From: an uncultured Verrucomicrobiae bacterium | GTDB lineage: Bacteria > Verrucomicrobiota > Verrucomicrobiia > Limisphaerales > Palsa-1400 | Direction: 5' to 3' | Length of the DNA stretch: 64,000 bases | NCBI GenBank assembly: GCA_963707025.1 | Contig: CAVPOM010000006.1 | Span: 448,001-512,000, forward strand | Part shown: positions 53,194-62,281 of the stretch, one piece after another | Layout of the letters: every line of letters begins with the position of its first letter | Numbering within the stretch: the first letter of the stretch is position 1 | Program-made: the position numbers and the translations under genes | Notes under the pieces: generated by a model | The model's input: the letters and a program-made list of their open reading frames with translations, nothing else | Database searches by the model: none | What the model was told of the DNA's origin: nothing

Positions 53194-54963
53194 ATGGATC
53201 CAGGAAAAGAATACCAAGAGCGGCTCGCCCAGTGGAGCCAGCGGGTGGATCGTTATGAATTGTGGCACCGGCGGACCGGGAATCTGCGGCTGCTTTTTGG
53301 CGCCGCCCTGGTGGTGGCGGCCGTGCTCCTGAGAAACACCGTCGCGGTGGGATGGCTGATTACCGGAGTCTTTGCCGGACTGTTTTTCAGCGGCATGGTG
53401 CATGACCGGATTCTGGAGAGGAGGGACACGGCGCGGCGGCTGGCGGGATTTTACACGGGTGGGCTCGACCGGCTCGGCTACCGCTGGGCGGGAAAGGGGT
53501 CCGCCGGGACGGAGTTTCTCGACAAGCAGCATCCCTACGCCGGCGATCTGGATATTTTCGGAACGGGCAGTCTTTTTGAGTTCGTCAACACCGCGCAAAC
53601 GCAGGCCGGGCGGACAAAATTGGCGGAGTGGCTGCTGCAGGGCGCGGACCAAGGCGAGATCGCGGCCCGGCAGGCGGCGGTGGCGGAAATGCGGGGGAAG
53701 GTGGACTTGCGCGAGGAATTGGCCGTGCGGGCGGGTGATCCGCAGGCGCATGTGGATACGGATGCGCTGGTGTCGTGGGCGGCCAAGCCGCCCAGCCTGA
53801 CAGGCCTGGCGGCGCGCGCCGGCGTCTTTTGTCTTCCCTTTGTCGCCTGGTCTCTTTACCTGATGGGCCAGGGTCTGCCTTGCGTGCTGGCCTTGAGCGG
53901 GCAATGCGGGCTGGCCCTGATTTACCGCCGGCGCACGGAGCGGACGCTTGGGGCGATGAAGTTGCCGGCGCGGGAGCTGCGGTGGCTGTCGGAACTGTTG
54001 GGCTGCCTGGAGGGCGAGAGTTTTCAAGAGGGCCGATTACAGGCCTTGCAGGGCAAATGGAAAGGGGACGGGGTTTGGGCGTCGGCCAGCCTGGGCCGGC
54101 TGGCCAAGCTGGTGGACTGGATGGACGCGCGCAACAATTTCGCCTTCGCAGTGATCGGCAAGTTTTTCATGCTGGGGACGCAGTTCGGCTTTGCCTTGGA
54201 GGCGTGGCGCGCGCGGCACGGGCCAGGGATGGAGGAGTGGCTGAAGGCGCTGGGTGAAATGGAGGCGCTTTCGTCGCTGGGGGGCTACGCCTTCGAGCAT
54301 CCGGCGGATGTTTTTCCGGAGCTGGCGGTCAAGTCGAATTCGCCAGTGCTCGAGGCGCAAGGGCTGGCGCATCCGCTGATCGCCGAAGCGCGCGCCGTGC
54401 GCAACGATCTGGTGCTGGAATCCAAGCAGCCCTTGCATGTCATCAGCGGCTCGAACATGTCGGGCAAGAGCACTTGGCTGCGGGCCATCGGGGCCAACCT
54501 GGTGCTGGCGCGGGCCGGGGCGCCGGTGCGGGCGCGCCGCTTTCGCATGACCGCACTGCAAATCGGCGCCTCCATTCGGAATGTGGACTCGTTGCAGGAG
54601 GGACTGTCGCGGTTTTATGCGGAGATCACCCGCCTGCGGCAGATCATGCAATTGACCGGGCAAGGCGAGGGGGTGGTTTTTCTGATTGACGAGATGTTGA
54701 GCGGAACCAACTCGCACGACCGCCGGATCGGGGCGGCCGGGATCGTCAAAGCGCTGGTGGCGCGGGGAGCGGTGGGTTTGATCACGACCCATGACCTGGC
54801 GCTGACGCAGGTGGTGGAGGAAGTCAAGCCGGCGGGCGCGAACTTTCACTTTGAGGACCAGTTGGTCAATGGCAAGCTCAGCTTCGACTACCGGTTGCAG
54901 CCCGGCGTGGTGACAAAAAGCAACGCGCTGGATTTGATGCGCTCAATCGGGCTGGAGGTTTAG
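53194..54963 (+). CDS. Membrane-associated MutS-related ATPase (domain V only)
   Basis: GSNMSGKSTWLR, SRFYAE, FLIDEMLSGTNS, TTHDL; N-terminal TMs; no mismatch-binding domain. Confidence 0.88.
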   Translation: MDPGKEYQERLAQWSQRVDRYELWHRRTGNLRLLFGAALVVAAVLLRNTVAVGWLITGVFAGLFFSGMVHDRILERRDTARRLAGFYTGGLDRLGYRWAGKGSAGTEFLDKQHPYAGDLDIFGTGSLFEFVNTAQTQAGRTKLAEWLLQGADQGEIAARQAAVAEMRGKVDLREELAVRAGDPQAHVDTDALVSWAAKPPSLTGLAARAGVFCLPFVAWSLYLMGQGLPCVLALSGQCGLALIYRRRTERTLGAMKLPARELRWLSELLGCLEGESFQEGRLQALQGKWKGDGVWASASLGRLAKLVDWMDARNNFAFAVIGKFFMLGTQFGFALEAWRARHGPGMEEWLKALGEMEALSSLGGYAFEHPADVFPELAVKSNSPVLEAQGLAHPLIAEARAVRNDLVLESKQPLHVISGSNMSGKSTWLRAIGANLVLARAGAPVRARRFRMTALQIGASIRNVDSLQEGLSRFYAEITRLRQIMQLTGQGEGVVFLIDEMLSGTNSHDRRIGAAGIVKALVARGAVGLITTHDLALTQVVEEVKPAGANFHFEDQLVNGKLSFDYRLQPGVVTKSNALDLMRSIGLEV

Positions 54964-55595
54964 CGGGCCGGCGCGTCCTTTAACAGGCTTTCCGGCAGGG
55001 CCATCAATTCGGAGGCGGAGCCGTCCGGCCGCCAAAGAACGCGGCCATCGGGGAGGAGCCGGAGGATGACGCCGCGCGTCGAACCGCGAAAGGTCTTGAC
55101 GCGATCGCCCGGCTGCAAATCGGCGGAGGCGGAGAGGGATTGGACGATTTCCGCCATCGCTTCCCACGGCAGCACGCCGGCGATGTAATGGGCCACGGCC
55201 GACATGACTTCACGGCGGCGGGTGGTGGGAAGGTCGGCGAACAAGGCCGCCATGATTTGCCGGGCGACATCGGCAAAGGTGTTGCCGTTGAAAAACAGGA
55301 AAGGAGCGCGGCGATGGCACAGCCGCAGGAATTCTATGGCTTGAGCGAGCGAGCAGGCTTGCGGTCGTTTTTCTTCCCACTCTCTCTCGCACGCTTCTTG
55401 AGTCTCGCGATTAACGCCGTACTGCGCGCCTCCTCTTGAGCACGCTCCTCGATTGAGGCTGACGACAAGCTCCCAACGCCAGTTTTTGAGAAAAGCGGCT
55501 CGGGTTTGTAGCGGTGATTGTTCGCCAGGACCTCCTCGAGGATGTCCTCGTCGGTCAGATGCTCCAGCAGATCCAGTCTCAGCTTCATTGTTCAT
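54960..55595 (-). CDS. Degenerate Doc/Fic-like protein with C-terminal SH3/KOW-like domain; start uncertain
   Basis: ELVVSLNRGACSRGG and CHRRAPFLFFNGNTF align by eye with Doc helix 1 and the Fic motif; LQPGDRVKT...RGVILRLL beta-barrel tail. Confidence 0.55.
   Translation of the reverse strand: MNNEAETGSAGASDRRGHPRGGPGEQSPLQTRAAFLKNWRWELVVSLNRGACSRGGAQYGVNRETQEACEREWEEKRPQACSLAQAIEFLRLCHRRAPFLFFNGNTFADVARQIMAALFADLPTTRRREVMSAVAHYIAGVLPWEAMAEIVQSLSASADLQPGDRVKTFRGSTRGVILRLLPDGRVLWRPDGSASELMALPESLLKDAPAR
55334..55588 (-). CDS. Small helical protein, putative antitoxin nested in the Doc-like gene
   Basis: 84-aa ORF with protein-like charge pattern; its ATG lies at the predicted transcription start. 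Confidence 0.6.
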   Translation of the reverse strand: MKLRLDLLEHLTDEDILEEVLANNHRYKPEPLFSKTGVGSLSSASIEERAQEEARSTALIARLKKRARESGKKNDRKPARSLKP

Positions 55596-55624
55596 AATTT
55601 AGCCCATTTTGCCGCGCAGGGCAA
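55596..55624 (-). promoter_or_regulatory. Putative sigma70 promoter, leaderless for ATG 55588
   Basis: TTGCCC-17nt-TAAATT, 7 nt before ATG 55588. Confidence 0.55.
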
Positions 55625-55664
55625 TAGTGGAATGACGCCATTTGGGACAGCCCACAGTTAAAGG

Positions 55665-55991
55665 TCAATCAGGCGGGTCTTCCACGCCACGTTCCATGAT
55701 GCGCGCCACATCAAGGCGGCCATCCAATACCCTCTCAATGCTGACCCCCTGTTCATCCGGGAGATAGTAAATGAGAAAATTCGTTCTGCTGATGACCCAA
55801 AACCGCAAGGTACTGTGCCGGGTAGCCCAGCCGGGATGCGGACCCGCCAACGGATGTTGGACCAGGAACCGTGCCGCTTCCTGTGCCAACTCAAGAAATC
55901 GGTCAGCCGCGTTTGGGCCTTGCCGGACGTAAATGGAGGCGAAAATGCGCTCCAGGTCGGTCTGAGCCCGCGCACTGATCCTGGCTTTCAT
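55665..55991 (-). CDS. ParE/RelE family toxin
   Basis: SARAQTDLERI, LVQHPLAG, FLIYY, IERVLDGRLD. Confidence 0.88.
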   Translation of the reverse strand: MKARISARAQTDLERIFASIYVRQGPNAADRFLELAQEAARFLVQHPLAGPHPGWATRHSTLRFWVISRTNFLIYYLPDEQGVSIERVLDGRLDVARIMERGVEDPPD

Positions 55992-56249
55992 CTACCCTTT
56001 TCCAATTTTGCGGGCGAGTTTCCTCCCGCGCCGGCGAATCCCCTCCCAAACCGAATCGGTCAGCGTGAAATGTTCGCTCTTTATTCCTTCGTTGATCAAG
56101 GCATCAAATTCGCCGGGATCGGAAGGTTCGTAGGCCCGCAAAATCAGCAGTTTCCCGCCCCGGGCAATGACCGTCGGATGGCCTTGCAGGGCATCGTCGG
56201 CCAATCGGCCCAGGGAACTCTTTGCTTGGCTCAGACTGCAGGTTTTCAT
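55992..56249 (-). CDS. Antitoxin with Phd-like N-terminus
   Basis: SLSQAKSSLGRLAD...PTVIARGGK; abuts the toxin start. Confidence 0.8.
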   Translation of the reverse strand: MKTCSLSQAKSSLGRLADDALQGHPTVIARGGKLLILRAYEPSDPGEFDALINEGIKSEHFTLTDSVWEGIRRRGRKLARKIGKG

Positions 56250-56258
56250 TTTGCTCCA

Positions 56259-56287
56259 AAAATAGACTGTATTTGGACTATAGTCAA
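56259..56287 (-). promoter_or_regulatory. Putative sigma70 promoter with operator palindrome
   Basis: TTGACT-17nt-TATTTT; palindrome GACTATAGTC overlaps the -35. Confidence 0.6.
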
Positions 56288-56820
56288 CCTGAATTGAGGC
56301 GGGCCGCAACGCCTCCGAGCGCGCAGGCCAGTTCGGCCACGATTTCGCCGGGGGACTTGTCGCCGCCAAAAGTCAAGGCGTCCGCCGGCGGCTCGAAAAT
56401 CTCCAATTGGCTGGCCAGCAGGGACGGGGCCAGAAAATGGCCGCGCCTGGCCTGGAGCCGTTCTTCCAGCACCGGGCGCGGCGCTGTCAAGTGGACAAAC
56501 TTGACGCGGGGATCGCCGCCTTGGAGTTGATCGCGATATTTGGCCTTGAGCGCCGAACAAGTGATGACGGCGAATTGACCCGCGGCCAGCGAACGCACAA
56601 TGATTTCCCGCAAAGCGGCCAGCCATGGCGCGCGGTCGGCGTCGGTCAACGGCGCGCCACGGCGCATTTTTGCAACGCTTTCCGCTGAATGAAATTCATC
56701 TCCCTCGTAAAAAACCGCGCCGGTCGCCTTGGCGAAAAGGCCCGCCACCGTCGTTTTGCCCGAGCCGGCCACGCCCATGAAAATGAGAACCAGCGGACCC
56801 CGGATGGAGACAGGTTTCAT
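56284..56820 (-). CDS. Gluconokinase (GntK/IdnK type)
   Basis: MGVAGSGKTT, GDEFH, PLTDADRAPWL, CSALKAKYR, LLASQL. Confidence 0.92.
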   Translation of the reverse strand: MKPVSIRGPLVLIFMGVAGSGKTTVAGLFAKATGAVFYEGDEFHSAESVAKMRRGAPLTDADRAPWLAALREIIVRSLAAGQFAVITCSALKAKYRDQLQGGDPRVKFVHLTAPRPVLEERLQARRGHFLAPSLLASQLEIFEPPADALTFGGDKSPGEIVAELACALGGVAARLNSG

Positions 56821-57003
56821 ATTCCGTCCAGCCAGACCTCGACGCAGCCGGCCCACAGTTGGCCGTGGCGGCGCAGGCCCAGGGGTGAGGAAAGGGTGAG
56901 TGTGACCGCCGCGGCCCGCCCCGCCGCCGGGAAAAGCGCTGCCAGCGCGAACAGGCAAAAAGAAAGGCGCAGCGTGTAAATCATACGACAGATGCGAACG
57001 GCA

Positions 57004-59346
57004 TTAACGTCCGTCCCAGCGGAGGGTTTTGCCTTTGGAAAAGCGCACGTCGCGCGTCGCGGAGCCGTAGCGCAGGCGGGCGGGATTTCCGGCGAGGGAA
57101 TGGATGACGGCCTCGGTAAAACGGCCGTCCTTCCAAGCCATGTCCACCTCGAAGCCGCCGCGGGCGCGGAGGCCCTGCACGCGTCCGTCCGGCCAGGCCT
57201 TGGGCAGGGCGGGGAGCAGCTCGATTTCGCCCTCGCCGCTTTGCAGCAACATTTCGGCGATGCCGGAAGCGCCGCCGAAATTGCCGTCTATCTGGAAGGG
57301 CGGATGGGCGTCAAACATATTTGGATAGGTGCGCTCGGGACTGAGGAGGAATTTCAAAATGTCGAAGGCGTGGTCGCCGTCCGCCAGGTGGTCCCAGAGA
57401 TTGATGCGCCAGGCGGTGGCCCAGCCGGTGGCCTTGTCGCCGCGAATTTCCAGCGATTTTTTCGCGGCGGCGGCGAATTCCGGCGTGCCGCGCAGGGAGA
57501 TGTCGTGGCCGGGGAAAAGCCCGTAGAGGTGGGAGACGTGGCGGTGATGAATGTCGGGGGCCTGCATGTCCCAGTCTTCCAGCCATTCCTGGAGTTGCCC
57601 GGCGGCGCCGATCTGGTTGGGCGCGAGGCGGGCGCGGGCGTCGGCGAGTTGCCGGCGGAAGGCGGCGTCCAGGCCGAGGATTTGGGCGGCCTGTATGGTT
57701 TGGGCAAAGAGGTCGCGGAGGATTTGCATGTCCATGGTCGGCCCGGCGCAAACGGCGGTGCCAAAGGGATGCTGGTGTTCGGGAGAGAGGGACGGATTGG
57801 TGACGAGCCAACCGTGTTTGGGATCCTCGACAAGCGTGTCAAGAAAAAAAAGGGTGGCGCCTTTCATGGCGGGATAAGCTTGGGCGAGGAATTTTTTGTC
57901 GCCGCTGAACTGGTAATGCTCCCACAGGTGGGTGGAGAGCCAGGCGCCGCCGGCGGGCCACATGCCGGAGTTGGGGCCGTCAATGGGCGCGGCGGCGCGC
58001 CAGAGATCGGTGTTGTGGTGGACGACCCAGCCGCGCGCGCCGTACATGGCCCGGGCGGTGTGGGCGCCGGTTTGGGTGAGGTCCTGCACCATGGCGATGA
58101 GCGGTTCGACGCACTCGGCGAGGTTGCACGTTTCGGCGGGCCAGTAGTTCATCTCGGTGTTGATGTTGATGGTGTATTTGCCGCCCCAGGGCGGGGACAT
58201 GCTGTTGTTCCAGATGCCCTGGAGTCCGGCGGGCTGGCAGCCGGGCCGCGAGCTGGAGATGAGGAGGTAGCGGCCAAACTGGAAATAGAGCGCGGCCAGC
58301 CCGGGATCATTGCCCTGGTTGAAATTGCGAATACGCTCGTCGGTGGGAAGCTGCATGGCCGGGCTGGCGCCGAGGTCCAGGGAAACACGCCGGAACAGGC
58401 GCTGATGTTCGGCGATGTGCGCTTGGAGCAACTTGTCGAAACTCTTTTTGCCGGCGGCGGCGATTTGACGGGCGACGATGGGGCCGGGATTGCCGCTGAC
58501 GTCGTGGAAATTCTTGAAGCTGGTGGCGACGGCGATCAGGAGGATGGCGGAGTCGGCATTGTTGACGGAAACAGCATCGGGCGAGGCGGTGGTTTGGCCG
58601 CCCTGGGCAGCCACGCGCACGCGCCCTTCAAATTTGAGGGCGGCCGGGACGCCCGAGGCCGCAGCGTTGACACCGCGCAACACCAGGGTGTTGCCAAGCT
58701 CCGTCTGGACCGTCGCCTTCTGCGGGGAATTGAGGCGGGCGGTGAAGGTGAGGGATTTGGACTTGTCGGCGGTGAGGCGCACGACAATCACCTGGTCCAC
58801 CGGGCTGGAAAAAATTTCGCGGGTGAACTTCACGCCGTTGGCGGTGTAGCTGACGCTGGCGACGGCGGTGTCAAGATTAAGGTCGCGGCGGTAGTCCTGC
58901 ACGGGGGCGGCATTGGGAAAGTCGAGGAGCAAATCGCCCACGGTTTCATAGGGCATCTGGCGGAGCGGCTTGGCCAGAATGCTGGCGCTGACGAGTTTGG
59001 CGGCGTCGGAGTATTTTCCGGCAAAAACCAATTTTCGCGCTTCGGGCAACGCGGCGGCGGCGTCAGGATTGACCGGATCGTAAGGTCCGCCCGCCCAGAG
59101 AGTGTCCTCGTTCAACTGCAACTGCTCCCGGCTGACGCCGCCAAAGATCATGGCGCCGAGTCGGCCATTGCCGATGGGCAGGGCGGAGTTCCAATCGGGC
59201 GCGGGCTGGGCGTACCACAGGGTGAGCGGTTGGTTGGATTGGAAATTGGTGGTGTCGCCGCGCGTGTCGCGGGGGAGCCAGCAGAGGAGGGCGAGCCAGC
59301 AGGTGGTTTGCAGGAATTGTCGGCGCGCGCAAGGTGGAGTTTTCAT
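57004..59346 (-). CDS. Glycoside hydrolase family 95 (alpha-L-fucosidase-like), Tat-type signal
   Basis: RRQFL; ALPIGNGRLGAM, GKYTININTEMNYW, HRHVSHLYG, PPFQIDGNFG. Confidence 0.95.
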   Translation of the reverse strand: MKTPPCARRQFLQTTCWLALLCWLPRDTRGDTTNFQSNQPLTLWYAQPAPDWNSALPIGNGRLGAMIFGGVSREQLQLNEDTLWAGGPYDPVNPDAAAALPEARKLVFAGKYSDAAKLVSASILAKPLRQMPYETVGDLLLDFPNAAPVQDYRRDLNLDTAVASVSYTANGVKFTREIFSSPVDQVIVVRLTADKSKSLTFTARLNSPQKATVQTELGNTLVLRGVNAAASGVPAALKFEGRVRVAAQGGQTTASPDAVSVNNADSAILLIAVATSFKNFHDVSGNPGPIVARQIAAAGKKSFDKLLQAHIAEHQRLFRRVSLDLGASPAMQLPTDERIRNFNQGNDPGLAALYFQFGRYLLISSSRPGCQPAGLQGIWNNSMSPPWGGKYTININTEMNYWPAETCNLAECVEPLIAMVQDLTQTGAHTARAMYGARGWVVHHNTDLWRAAAPIDGPNSGMWPAGGAWLSTHLWEHYQFSGDKKFLAQAYPAMKGATLFFLDTLVEDPKHGWLVTNPSLSPEHQHPFGTAVCAGPTMDMQILRDLFAQTIQAAQILGLDAAFRRQLADARARLAPNQIGAAGQLQEWLEDWDMQAPDIHHRHVSHLYGLFPGHDISLRGTPEFAAAAKKSLEIRGDKATGWATAWRINLWDHLADGDHAFDILKFLLSPERTYPNMFDAHPPFQIDGNFGGASGIAEMLLQSGEGEIELLPALPKAWPDGRVQGLRARGGFEVDMAWKDGRFTEAVIHSLAGNPARLRYGSATRDVRFSKGKTLRWDGR

Positions 59347-59372
59347 TTGGCAGTGCTTCTTAATGGCATGAA

Positions 59373-59388
59373 TCAAACGCTGTGCCAA
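59373..59388 (-). promoter_or_regulatory. Possible sigma54 promoter (variant -12)
   Basis: TTGGCACAGCGTTTGA, about 27 nt upstream of the GH95 ATG; -12 reads TTGA rather than TTGC. Confidence 0.35.
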
Positions 59389-59577
59389 GCTTCCTTGCCA
59401 GTCGTGGGAATGAACTCTACGGGGCTGGGTGAGGCGGGAGGCGAGGCGCGGGCTGGCGGCAACGCGGGAGAGGGCGGTCCCTGGAAGCGTGATTGGCGGC
59501 CGTCATAAACCGCCGCTCCAGCGAAGCAGCCTGGCCTGGCCGGTCTGGAAATGCAGAATGCAGAACCTGAGGTAAAC

Positions 59578-61197
59578 TCAGGTCTCGACCTCCTCCTTCG
59601 CCGGGCTTATGGAGGAGAGGGAGTCCGGCCCTGCCGTCTTGGAATCGGAGGCGGAGCGGTAGCTTTGGACAACCCACTCGCTCAGGATTTTGTCGGGGGC
59701 GTTGACGGCATCCAGGTCAATGGTAAAGGTGTCCTGGCCGGTGTTTTTGGAGATGAGTTTGAGGCCGAATTGAAAGTCCTTGAAACGCTGGGCGCAGAGT
59801 TCGCGCACGGGCAGGCGCTGCTCCAAAGCCAGGGAGACCAGCAAATCGGCGGCGGCGTCGGTGAAACGGAGGGCGAGCTGGTGGTTCTCGCCGAAGCGCA
59901 GGGCGAAATCATGGACGAGCTGGCGGGCGACGACGCGCTCTTCTTTTTCGTGCTCGGCCAGGAGTTTCTGCAAATCGGCCAAAGGATTGTCCACCAGGTC
60001 GCGGGTGACGACGAAGCGGCGGACTTTGGTGGAGGGCAACTCGAATTTGAAGTCGCGGAAGATGCGTTCGCAGACGGTCATGAGGCCGCGGGCGCCGGTG
60101 GTCTCGGAGGAGGCCAGTTCGGCGATGCGGCGCAGGCCGTCGTCGCGAAAGAGGACTTCGATGCCGTAGGCGGCAAAGGTCTGTTCGTATTGGCGGATGA
60201 TGCTGCCTTCGGAGGTTTTGAGGATGGTGAACAGGTCTTCGGCGGAGAGTTGCTGGCAGACGACGCGGACGGGCAGGCGTCCGATGAACTCAGGCTCGAA
60301 GCCGAACTCGATGAAATCGCGGGTCTGGGCCTGATCGAGCCAGGAGGTTTCGGCGCCGGCCACGGGCTGGGTGGCGGCGCTGAAGCCGATGGTGGTGGAG
60401 CGGAGGCGTTTCTGCACCAGTTTTTCCAACCCGTCAAAGGCGCCGCTGACAATGAAGAGGATGTGGCGGGTGCTGATGGTGGAGGGGGGGCTTTTGCCGC
60501 GCTGGGAGAGGTCCATCATGGCCTGGATTTGGCCGCTGATGTCATTGGGGGAGCGGGCGGGGACTTCGGTTTCCTCCAGGAGTTTGAGCAGGTTGGTTTG
60601 GACGCCGCGCCCGCTGACGTCGCGGCCGTTCATGTTGGGGGCGGCGGCAATTTTATCAATCTCGTCAATGTAGATGATGCCGTATTGGGCCTTGTCGAAA
60701 TCGCCGTCGGCCCGGCGGAGGAGTTCGCGGACCAGGTCTTCAACATCGCCGCCGACGTAGCCGGTTTCGGAGAATTTGGTGGCGTCGCCCTTGATGAAGG
60801 GGACGCCGATGAGGTCGGCGGCGTTGCGGACGAGGTAGGTTTTGCCCACCCCGGTCGGGCCGATGAGAATGATGTTTTGCTTGGCGTAATTGGGTGTGTC
60901 CTGGCCCGCGCGGGCCAGGCGGACGTGATGGTAGTGGTCGCACAGGGCGACGCTCAGAACTTTTTTGGCCTCCTCCTGTTTGATGACGAAGCGGTCGAGG
61001 AAGGCTTTGACCTGGCGGGGCGTTTTATCGAAGAGGAACTCCTGTTCGGGCGGAGCGGGGGGAGGGGATTCCGGAGTGCCGGCCGGTTCGGGTTTGGGCA
61101 TGGCGCCGCCGGCCAGGTGCTGGCGCATGAATTCCTGCAATTGGCGCTGGAAATCCTCCGGGGAAGGCGGACCGTTGAGAGCTGTTTTCGGCATCAT
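59578..61197 (-). CDS. ClpX-like AAA+ ATPase lacking the zinc-binding domain
   Basis: IGPTGVGKT, DATKFSETGYVG, IYIDEIDKI, RDVSG.GVQ, IGF loop, PEFIGRLP, TGARGL. Confidence 0.88.
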   Translation of the reverse strand: MMPKTALNGPPSPEDFQRQLQEFMRQHLAGGAMPKPEPAGTPESPPPAPPEQEFLFDKTPRQVKAFLDRFVIKQEEAKKVLSVALCDHYHHVRLARAGQDTPNYAKQNIILIGPTGVGKTYLVRNAADLIGVPFIKGDATKFSETGYVGGDVEDLVRELLRRADGDFDKAQYGIIYIDEIDKIAAAPNMNGRDVSGRGVQTNLLKLLEETEVPARSPNDISGQIQAMMDLSQRGKSPPSTISTRHILFIVSGAFDGLEKLVQKRLRSTTIGFSAATQPVAGAETSWLDQAQTRDFIEFGFEPEFIGRLPVRVVCQQLSAEDLFTILKTSEGSIIRQYEQTFAAYGIEVLFRDDGLRRIAELASSETTGARGLMTVCERIFRDFKFELPSTKVRRFVVTRDLVDNPLADLQKLLAEHEKEERVVARQLVHDFALRFGENHQLALRFTDAAADLLVSLALEQRLPVRELCAQRFKDFQFGLKLISKNTGQDTFTIDLDAVNAPDKILSEWVVQSYRSASDSKTAGPDSLSSISPAKEEVET

Positions 61198-61205
61198 TTG
61201 TGGGG

Positions 61206-61234
61206 AAGCTAAAACGACCGCGCGCAAATGGCAA
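61206..61234 (-). promoter_or_regulatory. Putative sigma70 promoter
   Basis: TTGCCA-17nt-TAGCTT, 8 nt before ATG 61197. Confidence 0.55.
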
Positions 61235-61320
61235 TAAGTTGCGGGAGGGAACCGCGCTTGCCAAGCCGCGCAAAAGACCTTACCGTGCCGGCGCTGGAGC
61301 ACAAACGCCATGCCAAGTTT

Positions 61321-62202
61321 ATGAAACTGATGAGACCAAAGAGGAGGAGCGGGTTCAGTTTGATTGATCTGTTCATCCTCATCGCGATTCTCGCCATTCT
61401 GGCCGCCATGCTGTTGCCGGCACTGGCGAGAGCCAAACAAAAGGCGCAACGAATTTCCTGCATCAACAATTTAAAGCAAATCGGCATCGCGTATCGCCTG
61501 TGGGAGGGCGATCATAATGACCTGCTGCCAGCCCAGCAAACCGTCGCCAAAGGCGGGTGGAAGGACGCCGGCGGGCCGGGCGCGGTCGTCGCCGGAGGGG
61601 TGATCGGCCCCGGCATCGGACAAGTGAATGGGGCCGGAGTGGCCTGCAATTACCGCCTGATGCAGAATGAAATGGGCCAGGCTCCCAAAATCGTGCTTTG
61701 CCCGTCAGACGAGCGCCTGGCGGCGCTGAACTTCAACGATGGATTCAGCGCGCGAAATGTTTCTTATTTTGTGGACTCTGGCGCCAGTGACACCTATCCG
61801 CAGTCCATGTCTGGCGGCGACCGCAACCTGGGTGGCGTGGCTGAAAACCCGGCCGGGCCCGACGCCGGTTACGGTTTCTCTGGAGAAAGCGCGGGCGATG
61901 CCGCCGGATCGGACGTGGTGGTGAATACGGGGGCGGCCACGATTGTGATTGTGAGCGGGGGCAACACGGCGTTCCCCAACACGACGGGAAACAAAGTGGG
62001 ATGGTCCCTAAAATTGCATTCTTCCGGCAACCCTGCGGGAGAGGGCAATATCCTGCTGGGTGATGGCAGCGTGCAGCAGGCGTCTTCGGGGTCTTTCGAA
62101 ATGAATTGGCTGAGAAACGCCGCGGACCAGGGTAATTGGAGCCCGGCCCAACAACAATTTGCGAAGGCGGTTCCAGCGGATGTTCGCCTTTGTTTCCCCT
62201 GA
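61321..62202 (+). CDS. Prepilin-type N-terminal cleavage protein with H-X9-DG-like C-terminal motif
   Basis: [43 protein letters not shown]...[10 protein letters not shown]. Confidence 0.88.
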   Translation: MKLMRPKRRSGFSLIDLFILIAILAILAAMLLPALARAKQKAQRISCINNLKQIGIAYRLWEGDHNDLLPAQQTVAKGGWKDAGGPGAVVAGGVIGPGIGQVNGAGVACNYRLMQNEMGQAPKIVLCPSDERLAALNFNDGFSARNVSYFVDSGASDTYPQSMSGGDRNLGGVAENPAGPDAGYGFSGESAGDAAGSDVVVNTGAATIVIVSGGNTAFPNTTGNKVGWSLKLHSSGNPAGEGNILLGDGSVQQASSGSFEMNWLRNAADQGNWSPAQQQFAKAVPADVRLCFP

Positions 62203-62281
62203 GCCGGGGCGGCCAGTCCGGTGCCGGGTTTTGGGGCGCATCTAAATTGACCCGGCGGGGTTAAATGATACAAATAAGGAC

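Noticed and set aside
53032..54027. N-terminal extension of ORF 52138-54027 with NLNLNL repeats
   Set aside because: Read-through of the MutS antisense strand and the hexamer array; the signal peptide starts at 53031
61298..61317. Sigma54-like TGGCATGGCGTTTGT upstream of the ClpX-like gene
   Set aside because: The -12 GC is missing and a better sigma70-type promoter lies next to the start
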